Shown here piece by piece: positions 9,001 through 16,270 of a stretch of DNA of 64,000 nt. A program made the position numbers and the translations under genes. The number at the start of each line of letters is the position of its first letter. Position 1 is the first letter of the stretch. The notes below the pieces were generated by a model, which was given only the letters and a program-made list of their open reading frames with translations, was not told the DNA's origin and made no database searches. Origin of the DNA: a virus; the IMG/VR virus record IMGVR_UViG_3300037483_000453, positions 32,001 through 96,000 of that record. One strand, 5' to 3'.

Positions 9001-10002
9001 CCCTACGATGTATGTGCCATGCAGCTTGGATAACCCACGGTGGCGCAGGAGCATCTTAGCCATGGGGATCTGGTCCGAATAGTGCTGTAGAAATGACTCA
9101 TCCACAGATGGATTACGCACCCCCGTGGCCCCACCTTTCGACATCTTCCTGGGCGTTACCTGCAGCTTGTCGAAGAAGTACTCACGAAGCTGCTTGGTGC
9201 TCTTGGGGTTTATGACCTTGCCAGCCTCTTTACAGATGGCACGCTCGAGTTCCTCGATTTCCGCGATAGCAGTGGGAGCAATGGACTCCAGATAACCTAA
9301 ATCCACCCGGACACCACGGCGCTCGGTGGCCCAGAGAGCTGAGGTATACGGCACTTCCACTCTGTCAAAGAGGTCCCACAAGGTCTGAATGTTCAATGGG
9401 TGGTCACGGAAGAGGCTATGGGTAGGGGCTCGTTGTAGCTGCGTTCGGAGCTCCTGGTAGATCTGTAGGGTGCCCCACGCATCATTGGCCGCGTACTCAC
9501 ATAGAAGTGGGAAGTTGTTCGCCTCTGCTGTACGGATGAGGTCTGTGGGACTAAAAGCCTTGGTGATCTTCCCGAACGTGTCTTGAAAATCCTGCCACTT
9601 CCAGCCGAACAGGTGCTGGTTCATGTCCTTCAGGCGGTGTGACTGCTCCTCATAGAGGAGGGCGTGCTGCACCTGGGTGTCCACCAACTTGCCTGCTATC
9701 TGCGAGTTGACGTTGGCTAGGATGTGCTTGTCATATTTGGCGTTGGCAAAGAGCCACCTCTTGCTAGGGTCCGCGAATGCCTCAGCAAAATGATGGAGGA
9801 CGGACACGTTGAGTGTCATGCGCCGGGTGCCCCATGCGAGAGACCAGTACAGGGGAACGTCCTTCCAGACAACTAGACCCGTAGTCTCAGTGTCAATGGC
9901 CACCTCGGGGGTTGCTATCACCTCTCGTATGACGGCATCGAGTCCTGGAGAGTTATGGTCGTAGTACTCAGTCGTGGGTGCTTCGATATTCCACTGGGTC
10001 AT
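6043..10002 (-). CDS. polA: Family A DNA polymerase with 3'-5' exonuclease and two inteins (about 637 aa after splicing)
   Basis: ExoI AIDTETTG; motif A IDYEQLEMR; motif B RAASKDIGFGIIYG; motif C LQVHDEL. Start moved to the ATG at 10002 behind AGGAG. Confidence 0.95.
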   Translation of the reverse strand: MTQWNIEAPTTEYYDHNSPGLDAVIREVIATPEVAIDTETTGLVVWKDVPLYWSLAWGTRRMTLNVSVLHHFAEAFADPSKRWLFANAKYDKHILANVNSQIAGKLVDTQVQHALLYEEQSHRLKDMNQHLFGWKWQDFQDTFGKITKAFSPTDLIRTAEANNFPLLCEYAANDAWGTLQIYQELRTQLQRAPTHSLFRDHPLNIQTLWDLFDRVEVPYTSALWATERRGVRVDLGYLESIAPTAIAEIEELERAICKEAGKVINPKSTKQLREYFFDKLQVTPRKMSKGGATGVRNPSVDESFLQHYSDQIPMAKMLLRHRGLSKLHGTYIVGLRDRVDPYGRIHTRFNQDVARCLPAGELVLTSRGYLPVEEVRVNDLVITHTGRKRRVVETSKHKPTPILKITLENGLQLRTNGHHPYLTRFLHSQGWVPANELKIGNVLFTHSSPETWREVPKHANYEVSSWGRVRKKATGALLALQKKDKWGHLKVTLTGPSRKSYGVHALVARAFLPDPEAGKEVRHKNGIAWDNTVDNLVYGSSKDNTADSRAHGTLNGAPKLTKEQVQEILAVERRGQPPSSTSKLTYDVAQIIREKYALGSTGRAELARTYQVSFQAIDNIVKDLTWTKPVSGVSASELSEKYGVSEAAIRDIWAKRRWDRDLSREPTAIFGTSFITEIQYEYDRVTYGLTIDEDESHVTGGIVTHNTGRLSSSDPNCQNIPKPENDKWGLRGAFIADEGNRLSVIDYEQLEMRLLAAASGEPGMIEVINKGWDIHMGNASMIFGMPYEEIKAAKKTPEDQHTARQRECLAARAASKDIGFGIIYGMGPDKLASRLGITRAEAEAKIKQFKKAYPAVDAFTREAVAETEQTGYAFTILGRRRNVPEIASYRRDERMKGERIATNCVDMETEALTTRGWLHGDTVTRKDKLLAFDMVKGTLQWEYPTDIKLFPEYAGPIVSIESKTFSALTTPDHRWAVYNRTTCKAEEKRTNTISTNGDHRIFRTGTYQGGRKQDLDFLELVGWFLTDGFICKKQKPTHSQRVGLCQSKRANPANVKRIDNLLARLGIRTSRSVNCAKCVYWYFIGRYADKLVRLFPKRELTPAFMTSLNRGGAKAVLESMLLGDGSLYMQQNLQTFCCKSETTAGMFQILAALAGHATTSKYRDMRKYKPKSKKMKNVPKSSGCYYATLLRRDKVQVQKKHITKMNTACAVWCPVLPSTFFVARRQGKVYITGNTQIQGSAADVVKMAQVLLHKSGIDRRFGAYACLQVHDELMHEIPAECAKAADAEIREWMEHPFPFDLAVPLAVSGSIGRSWAEAK
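6301..7293 (-). mobile_element. PolA intein 2 (331 aa, LAGLIDADG endonuclease)
   Basis: RIATN/CVDMETEAL...VYITGN/TQIQGSAAD restores the PolA motif; LVGWFLTDG and MLLGDG. Confidence 0.92.
7885..8937 (-). mobile_element. PolA intein 1 (351 aa, NUMOD4 + HNH endonuclease + HTH repeats)
   Basis: QDVAR/CLPAGELV...IVTHN/TGRLSSSDPN; ETWREVP...YEVSSWGRVR; VHALVARAF...RHKNGIAWDNTVDNL. Confidence 0.93.
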
Positions 10003-10018
10003 GGGGCTCCTAAAGCAA

Positions 10019-10050
10019 CAAGGCGGGTCCACCGGAGTGGACCCGCCTTG
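10019..10050 (-). terminator. Intrinsic terminator/attenuator between the SSB-like gene and polA
   Basis: 13-bp stem CAAGGCGGGTCCA / TGGACCCGCCTTG followed on the minus strand by TTGCTTT, then the polA RBS. Confidence 0.75.
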
Positions 10051-10060
10051 CTAGGCTGTG

Positions 10061-11437
10061 TTACTGCCGCCCACCGTGGGGGGGCATATAGCCCCCTTGT
10101 GGAGCTATCGGTGGCTGTGCCAACGGCATAGGCTGCGGGGCAGCTTGTTGGGGAACCTGGGGGGGTACAGGCATCGGCTGCTGGTGTGGCTGTGGGGCTT
10201 GAGGTGCTGGCATCAGTGGTGCCGCACTCTGTACAGGCATTGGTTGCTGTACCGGCATGTTGTTGTATGGCTGGGCGTACGTGGCCGGCCCCGGGGCAGG
10301 TTGTTGTGAGTACCCACCTTGCTGTGGCTGGTTACCCTGCTGCAGGTTACTGGAAATGTGCCAAAGCTGGCGCTGTGTCTCGAGTGAGTCTGCAGTAAAT
10401 CGTTGGGACAGGTTTGGCTTGTACTGCAGTAGGTCCTGGAACTGCTGATCGAGCGGCTTAGGGTCAGACATCCCTACAACCTGCAGTACCGTAGAGTTGT
10501 TTTCCCCAGTGCGGGGTGTCTGTACATGCATGTCCACATCGAAGATCGTTGCCCGAACTGGCTGCCATCCGTTGGGTGTACAGTTGGCACAAACAATCTG
10601 CTCGCTGGGGTAGTACGTTTGCTGGCAAGCTCGGCATGCATAGGGGGCATTCACCACCTGAGCAATCTGCTCGTCGGTGGCAGTTGATGTGCGCATGTCG
10701 AAAATCATAGTGGCACACTCGGGGTTGCCGCAGTGCCAGGACACGGGTTGTATGGTGCTTCTACCGCTGCAGGTGGCGCAGCAAGTACCGATAGCAGGTG
10801 CCATAGCGTTGAGAGCATTGAAGTGTGTCTTCGCCATGATCCAAGGCTGTAGGTACCCGTAGCGGTGCTCCAAGGCCGTCTGGCACCCCTGGCATGCGCG
10901 CCCCGAGCATTTCACCCACTCTGTGTACGATTCATGGGTTTTTGGGTTTGTTCGGACTTGCCCAGATTCCCTGTCAACTTGAGGGACCTTGTGGAAGAGC
11001 CCCTGGTCGATGGCCGTGAATGCGTACTTGTCAGAGCGGGACATGGCGGGCCGCTTGCCCTTGACATAGCCCTCCTCGTCACGCTTGTTGCATCCCTCGC
11101 ACTCATCCCGCTTGTCCTTACGAAAGAACCAGGGGCCACCAGAGCAGATAGCCCCACGCTTGTGGGTACCACTATAGTGCTCGATGAACTGGTACCAGGG
11201 AAGGACCTCAGTGATGAGTTGGTCATGCTCATCAACATGTGACATCTCATACTCACCGGGTACGAGTCGAATGACTGAGGGTACAGTCTCACTGAGTTGT
11301 AGCGTGTCTGCCCAGTAGGGTCGTTTGTTCCCGTAGTTCCTTTTGCGTGTCCGACCTGCATTGGCCGCTCTCTGTGTGGTGGTGCCCCCGTATACCGGGA
11401 TACCTGCTACGTTTGCTTGGTTTTTTCCGAATGACAT
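10061..11437 (-). CDS. Putative single-stranded DNA-binding protein with multiple Zn knuckles and a Pro/Gln tail
   Basis: IRLVPG...PWYQFIEHY gp32-like start, position between primase and polymerase, several CxxC pairs. Start at MSFGKN behind AGGAG. Confidence 0.6.
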   Translation of the reverse strand: MSFGKNQANVAGIPVYGGTTTQRAANAGRTRKRNYGNKRPYWADTLQLSETVPSVIRLVPGEYEMSHVDEHDQLITEVLPWYQFIEHYSGTHKRGAICSGGPWFFRKDKRDECEGCNKRDEEGYVKGKRPAMSRSDKYAFTAIDQGLFHKVPQVDRESGQVRTNPKTHESYTEWVKCSGRACQGCQTALEHRYGYLQPWIMAKTHFNALNAMAPAIGTCCATCSGRSTIQPVSWHCGNPECATMIFDMRTSTATDEQIAQVVNAPYACRACQQTYYPSEQIVCANCTPNGWQPVRATIFDVDMHVQTPRTGENNSTVLQVVGMSDPKPLDQQFQDLLQYKPNLSQRFTADSLETQRQLWHISSNLQQGNQPQQGGYSQQPAPGPATYAQPYNNMPVQQPMPVQSAAPLMPAPQAPQPHQQPMPVPPQVPQQAAPQPMPLAQPPIAPQGGYMPPHGGRQ

Positions 11438-11465
11438 TGCTGTTCTCCTGCTTGCATTAGCAGCT

Positions 11466-12464
11466 CTATGTGTCCAACTGTGTACAGTACGAGACTGCAC
11501 CGTGCCACTGCTGCACTACTTCTTCCTTGGTGAGGCTGTCTGGTTGGGCATCCTCTTCATCGATGAGTCGTTCCGGGTAGTTGATGACTCGCACTTGTAG
11601 ACTTTGTCGTAGCTTGCCTATGGCCTTCATTGTCCCCATCTGGCCAGGGTCGTTGTTGTCCAAGAATAGGTATACTGGGGCACCAAGCCTTTCAAGTATC
11701 CACTTGTGCTCAGGTGATAGGTACGTCCCAATGAGGGCCACCACGTTCTTTATCCCGCATTGCCAAAGCCACATGCAGGCTTTGAAACCCTCAACCACGA
11801 CGATGTAGCTCGGGTTGTTCTGAAAGAGGAGTTGGGGGTACACCTCGTTGGCATTCCAAAGGCAGGTACGCTTATCCCAACCAATGCGGGCAGGCAAACC
11901 CCAGGTCACGTACTCTTTGTCATAGATCTTGTATTTTGGCCAATAGTCATTCATCGATCTACCACTGACGCCCACCAACTTCCCAGCTAGGTCTCGCAGT
12001 GGGTAAGTGACGCGCATGTGGTGCTCATCAAACCCTATACCAAAGTGCCTCAGTGTCTCTTCTGAGAACCCATCGCGCACTAGGCCTAGTGGGCAAGCAT
12101 CAAAGATCCCTAGTAGCCCCTCTTCAATGGGGTTGTTAGAGATGACGGGGACATCCAGGGGGTTCATGGGCGGAGGCGAGTTGCGCGCCGCCGCGTCGAT
12201 TGTCATCCGGAACTTGAACTCAATCTGATGACTTGTAAGTCCGATGTCCCGGAGGAACGTGTAAAGGTTTCCACTCGATTGGCATGAGTGGCAGAACCAC
12301 AGACCGCTGGTAAGTGACATGGCAAAGGAGGGTCGTTTCTCTTCTGTCCCATCTGTTTTCACATGGAAAGGACAGAGTGCCATGATGTTTTCAGGCCCTG
12401 ACTTTCTTACCTTATGTAGGAACTGATCTGCAATGAAGTGGATGTCCTCTACGACACCCATCAC
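11466..12464 (-). CDS. DnaG-type primase (CHC2 zinc finger + Toprim)
   Basis: CPFH...CHSC; VVVEGFKAC; LFLDNNDPG. Confidence 0.9.
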   Translation of the reverse strand: MMGVVEDIHFIADQFLHKVRKSGPENIMALCPFHVKTDGTEEKRPSFAMSLTSGLWFCHSCQSSGNLYTFLRDIGLTSHQIEFKFRMTIDAAARNSPPPMNPLDVPVISNNPIEEGLLGIFDACPLGLVRDGFSEETLRHFGIGFDEHHMRVTYPLRDLAGKLVGVSGRSMNDYWPKYKIYDKEYVTWGLPARIGWDKRTCLWNANEVYPQLLFQNNPSYIVVVEGFKACMWLWQCGIKNVVALIGTYLSPEHKWILERLGAPVYLFLDNNDPGQMGTMKAIGKLRQSLQVRVINYPERLIDEEDAQPDSLTKEEVVQQWHGAVSYCTQLDT

Positions 12465-13834
12465 ATGCCGGCCATCCGCTGATTCACGGTGCGTAGAGCA
12501 GCAGCCTCTGTTGTGCCCTTCTTACGTGTGACTGCGTGCGCTGCCGGGTTGTCATCTGATGATGCGTCGTGCTCCTTGGCCCTGTCAATCTCTTTGGATG
12601 TCAAGAGGCTATGAAATGTGAAATCGGTGGATGGAACCCCGTTGATACGAATGCCATTGAGTTGCCATTCACGTGAACCACCAACTACCAGCTGGATGGT
12701 TGGGGTACCCTTTTCATTGATGACACGGATCATGGCTGTGCAGTCCATCCCAGGACCATCGCTGAAGGCCACTTCATCCAGGTTGGCCTCATCATTTTTG
12801 GCTGCTGACCTGTTAGCCTGCAGCGTGACGATACCCGGGGTCTGTGTGTCCAAGATCATTTGGCGAACATCCCTTGAGATGTTACGTACACGCTCGTGGT
12901 CCTTCTTTGCACCGTTCACGTCGCTCATCAGGTACATGCCATCGATGGCGAATAGGTCTGGTTGATACTTCTCAATCTTGGCACGTAACCAGGGAACAGT
13001 GTCCCCGCCCTTGGGTGCATCGCGACCAGATAGGCATATGATCTGGTCATTCGCCTGCATGGCATGGATGTACCTGCCCACCGACTCAAACGCGAACTCT
13101 TCTTCAGGAGTCAGGTGCCCTGCTCGGAACATCTGGTAGTTGATCTCAGCAATACAAGAGATGACGCGTTGGAAGATGTTGTCTTGTGACATCTCCTTGG
13201 TGTAGATGAGGACGCGTCGCCCATTGTTGAAAAGGAAGGCTACGAAATACGCGAGGATCCATGACTTCATGCTCTTCGGCCTGCCATAGAAGCATATGAA
13301 GTCATCTACCTGTAGACCCTGAGTTGCCTCCTGCAGGGCCTGCCAAGGCCAGATACCCCATGAGACCTCCAAGCCCGCTTTCCGCAAGTGGTAGGTGGAC
13401 CGGATGTCGTTGAAGGCAGCTCCAAGCATCCGGTCGTTGTTTTTCCCAAACCCAATCCCGTTGAGCTCAGTGGTAACCATGTTTAGATGGTTGAGCCCAG
13501 CAATGGGGTCTATAGCCATCAGCTGGTGTGCTGCGGCCATCTTGTTTTGCCCCTCTATGCTCAGTCGTTGTTTGCGTACCTCCATGCACAAAGCCGACAA
13601 TGTCATGGACGGGTCATCACAGCGTAGGAAGTTGGGGTAGAACTGAGCCATAGCTTGTGGGCCAATGACTGACCCCGATGACTCAACTTGTGTGTAGTAG
13701 CCAACCATGTGATTGAACATGGCTCGCCCCTCGTTGGTGAGGAAGTCTTCGGCTGTGATCCCCCAATCAATAGTCTGGCTTAACTCTCCCGTGTGGATGA
13801 CTCGGGAGACAAGCTGCATCTCTCTGTTTGCCAT
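12461..13834 (-). CDS. DnaB-like replicative helicase
   Basis: Variant Walker A GRPKSMKS, Walker B FAIDGMYLM, TLQANR; coupled to the primase gene. Confidence 0.85.
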   Translation of the reverse strand: MANREMQLVSRVIHTGELSQTIDWGITAEDFLTNEGRAMFNHMVGYYTQVESSGSVIGPQAMAQFYPNFLRCDDPSMTLSALCMEVRKQRLSIEGQNKMAAAHQLMAIDPIAGLNHLNMVTTELNGIGFGKNNDRMLGAAFNDIRSTYHLRKAGLEVSWGIWPWQALQEATQGLQVDDFICFYGRPKSMKSWILAYFVAFLFNNGRRVLIYTKEMSQDNIFQRVISCIAEINYQMFRAGHLTPEEEFAFESVGRYIHAMQANDQIICLSGRDAPKGGDTVPWLRAKIEKYQPDLFAIDGMYLMSDVNGAKKDHERVRNISRDVRQMILDTQTPGIVTLQANRSAAKNDEANLDEVAFSDGPGMDCTAMIRVINEKGTPTIQLVVGGSREWQLNGIRINGVPSTDFTFHSLLTSKEIDRAKEHDASSDDNPAAHAVTRKKGTTEAAALRTVNQRMAGM

Positions 13835-13868
13835 AGGCTCCTCTCAGGACACGACGTTGCTGCTCTGG

Positions 13869-13879
13869 CCTTATCACTG
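13869..13879 (-). promoter_or_regulatory. Candidate phage promoter motif (CAGTGATAAGG)
   Basis: 37 nt upstream of the helicase start, immediately downstream of a terminator. The same core occurs at three other leftward starts. Confidence 0.55.
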
Positions 13880-13958
13880 CAGGTCAGCCTCTCGAGCAGC
13901 TACGTGGTTGACGATGTTGCAGGTGAGCCCGCGGAACGTCAACGACAATCAAGACACC

Positions 13959-14003
13959 CACTAGGGGAAGGGTATGCTGGGTTTAGCTACCCTTCCCCTA
14001 GTG
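13959..14003 (-). terminator. Large stem-loop terminator
   Basis: 16-bp stem CACTAGGGGAAGGGTA / TACCCTTCCCCTAGTG directly after the stop of 14004..14327. Confidence 0.75.
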
Positions 14004-14327
14004 TCAGACGGATGGAGCATCCTTGCCATTAAGGTGTTCACCAAGCCCGGCAGGGCCTGCTGGGGTCCCCGATGGCGTAGCAGAAGGGCTGTGCACTGAG
14101 GTGAAGTGCAGGTTTCCCAAATCCCTCTCCATCGAGGTTACCAGACCAGACATAAGCTGCTTGGTCTCCTCAGACCAAATGGTTCCGGTACCCTCGGTCC
14201 AGCCGTGCGTGGTGCCTTTGCGTGTGTTTACAAATGCGGCGCGAGCTGTAAGGGATTTCTTCAGTAGGTCTGCCTCAATGGTGGTGATGGCGATCCCGTC
14301 GAATAGGATGGATCCAGTTGCGGCCAT
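14004..14327 (-). CDS. Hypothetical protein
   Basis: ORF; start reassigned to MAATG behind AGGAG. Confidence 0.7.
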   Translation of the reverse strand: MAATGSILFDGIAITTIEADLLKKSLTARAAFVNTRKGTTHGWTEGTGTIWSEETKQLMSGLVTSMERDLGNLHFTSVHSPSATPSGTPAGPAGLGEHLNGKDAPSV

Positions 14328-14328
14328 T

Positions 14329-14601
14329 TCACTCTCCTGTCGGGAGTAACGGCATGTTTTTGTCAAAGCGGCTGGCCAGCTCGTTAACGAAGCTAGTAGC
14401 CACTCTGGATGCGTGCTCCCCTGCTGCCCGCAGGTATGCCTCAGTTTGTGGGCACTCGAGTGTAACTGAGAAGCTGAGGCTTACGTGGTCTCCCCAGTGG
14501 GTGACACGAGCTTCGACGGTGGACTTGGGTCCTCCCTGCGCTGTGATACCCATGTTCCATACTGGGTCGTCAGGCAGAGTTCCACCTTGTTGCTGCTCCA
14601 T
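14329..14601 (-). CDS. Hypothetical protein
   Basis: ORF; start reassigned to MEQQQ behind GAGGAGG. Confidence 0.7.
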   Translation of the reverse strand: MEQQQGGTLPDDPVWNMGITAQGGPKSTVEARVTHWGDHVSLSFSVTLECPQTEAYLRAAGEHASRVATSFVNELASRFDKNMPLLPTGE

Positions 14602-14633
14602 GATACCTCCTCGTTTAACTTCCATCTTGTAGT

Positions 14634-15056
14634 TCATGACAGCGGTGTGGGGGCATGATACCGCGGGGACTCTTTGACCACGCCGTCCACAACCGCCTTG
14701 GGGATGTCCCCTCGGGCTGCAGCAGCTTGAACCGTGGCTTTATCCACACTGTATGTGGTCTTGCTGCCCGTCTTCCCTCCCACTTGTAGGAACAGGTCCA
14801 TGCCAAGTGCATTGAACAGGGCTTCGGCATCGATTTTGGTTTGGGTTTGGTAGAGGTCCCAGTCAGCACACGAGATGCCTTGAGCTCGTACTACCTTGTC
14901 GGCTGCCTCCATCTTCTGATTTAGGTCTGCCACCAGTTGCTCGTATGAAGAGAAGACTTGTGCGTGGTTTTTTCGGAAGGCTTCCAACATCTCTTTGGAC
15001 TCCACGTAAGCCGCCACTTCAGGGATATCGTTTGGGTCCATGGGGTTTTTAGGCAT
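14634..15056 (-). CDS. Hypothetical protein (coiled coil plus short beta region; Gam-like possible)
   Basis: 140-aa ORF coupled to its neighbours. Confidence 0.7.
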   Translation of the reverse strand: MPKNPMDPNDIPEVAAYVESKEMLEAFRKNHAQVFSSYEQLVADLNQKMEAADKVVRAQGISCADWDLYQTQTKIDAEALFNALGMDLFLQVGGKTGSKTTYSVDKATVQAAAARGDIPKAVVDGVVKESPRYHAPTPLS

Positions 15057-15891
15057 TGTTCATCTCCGCAAGATCGTTGATCGTGACTTCTCGTTCTCCG
15101 CTTACTACATCAAACGACTTGTTTAGGTAGTCATCATAGATCCTAGCTGCCAGCTTCATGTCCTGCAGGAATACATCCAACGGGTTCTTGTAGCTTTGGT
15201 CTGCCTGCCTCTGCAGCACATAGGCAGGATGCAGCGTGGGCAGCATGAGGTAGCGTACGCGACGTTGTGTTGTGGGCATGATGTCCTGCCCACGGACCCG
15301 TCTGAGCCACATCTTTTTCTTGTCTGTCAGCGATGGTGTACGCCACGCACCCGGAATGTTAATCTCTCTTGTTTTGCCCCGCTCGCTTGTGATACTAAAT
15401 GACCTTTCGGAGATGATGGCTTTGGCTGCATCAGGGCCTAGTGTCACGATAAGCACAGGGTCTACGAGGTAGATCTCTTCATATAGCCGGGGTAGGCAGG
15501 CTGCTATCTGCAGGGGTTGTGGCGCATCATCTTTGATGAACGGTACGCGTGTCTTCGTTGCACGGTCATATCGCATAACGGGTTGACCTTCACCGTTATA
15601 CGCTTGGCTACAGGAGCGGCAAGCCACCACGTTGGTGATGTAGCAGCAACCATTTAGGTTCAGCTTCTCAATGACCTGCCGTAGGATAATCCCCGACTTG
15701 CCAATGAATGGTCGACCCTCAACTTCATCGTGTTCTCCGGGCCCTCCTCCGATGAACATAATGCCGCGAGGAGCCCCCTCCCCAAATATGAAGGATCCAC
15801 CGACGCTCTTTCGGCGGACCCCTAGCTCACAGTTGGTACACTCATTCCAGGTATCCCTGACCGCTTGTAGAGTGTTTCTGAAGTCAGCCAA
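15049..15891 (-). CDS. Family 4 uracil-DNA glycosylase-like protein
   Basis: CTNCELG, GEG...MFIGGGPG..EGRPFIGKSG, YITNVVAC, PTLHPAY. Confidence 0.85.
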   Translation of the reverse strand: MADFRNTLQAVRDTWNECTNCELGVRRKSVGGSFIFGEGAPRGIMFIGGGPGEHDEVEGRPFIGKSGIILRQVIEKLNLNGCCYITNVVACRSCSQAYNGEGQPVMRYDRATKTRVPFIKDDAPQPLQIAACLPRLYEEIYLVDPVLIVTLGPDAAKAIISERSFSITSERGKTREINIPGAWRTPSLTDKKKMWLRRVRGQDIMPTTQRRVRYLMLPTLHPAYVLQRQADQSYKNPLDVFLQDMKLAARIYDDYLNKSFDVVSGEREVTINDLAEMNNA

Positions 15892-16270
15892 ACTTTCCTC
15901 CCTTTGGTAGTAGGATGTTTGCCTCTGCAGCTCGAGCCTCCCTGCACATCATGGCAGCAGTGTCTGCTAGCCTCTTATAACGTGCCTGGTCCTCCTTTTT
16001 CATCTCCTCTCCACGCACTAGTAGATCAGCCTTCATGACCAGTGGGGAGCCGCTGAAGCTGACGAGGATTGGCTCAGCACTGATGTTCTTGCTTATGATG
16101 GGTGCGCCGTTGCTGTCACGCCCAACAGGGATGAGTTGAGATGTGACCTCGTAGCAGGGCTCCATGTGGATGTGATCTTGGCAACTATTGCCCGCTCGTC
16201 TGATGCCCAGAAAGTACTTGCCAGAGCATAGTGCTACTGACCAAAGATCCTCTGTAGGTTGCTCTGCCAT
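15884..16270 (-). CDS. Hypothetical protein
   Basis: 128-aa ORF with RBS, in operon. Confidence 0.7.
   Translation of the reverse strand: MAEQPTEDLWSVALCSGKYFLGIRRAGNSCQDHIHMEPCYEVTSQLIPVGRDSNGAPIISKNISAEPILVSFSGSPLVMKADLLVRGEEMKKEDQARYKRLADTAAMMCREARAAEANILLPKGGKFG

Noticed and set aside
13835-13958. Possible 22-aa TTG-start micro-ORF before the helicase gene
   Set aside because: No RBS; the region is better explained as terminator spacer plus promoter
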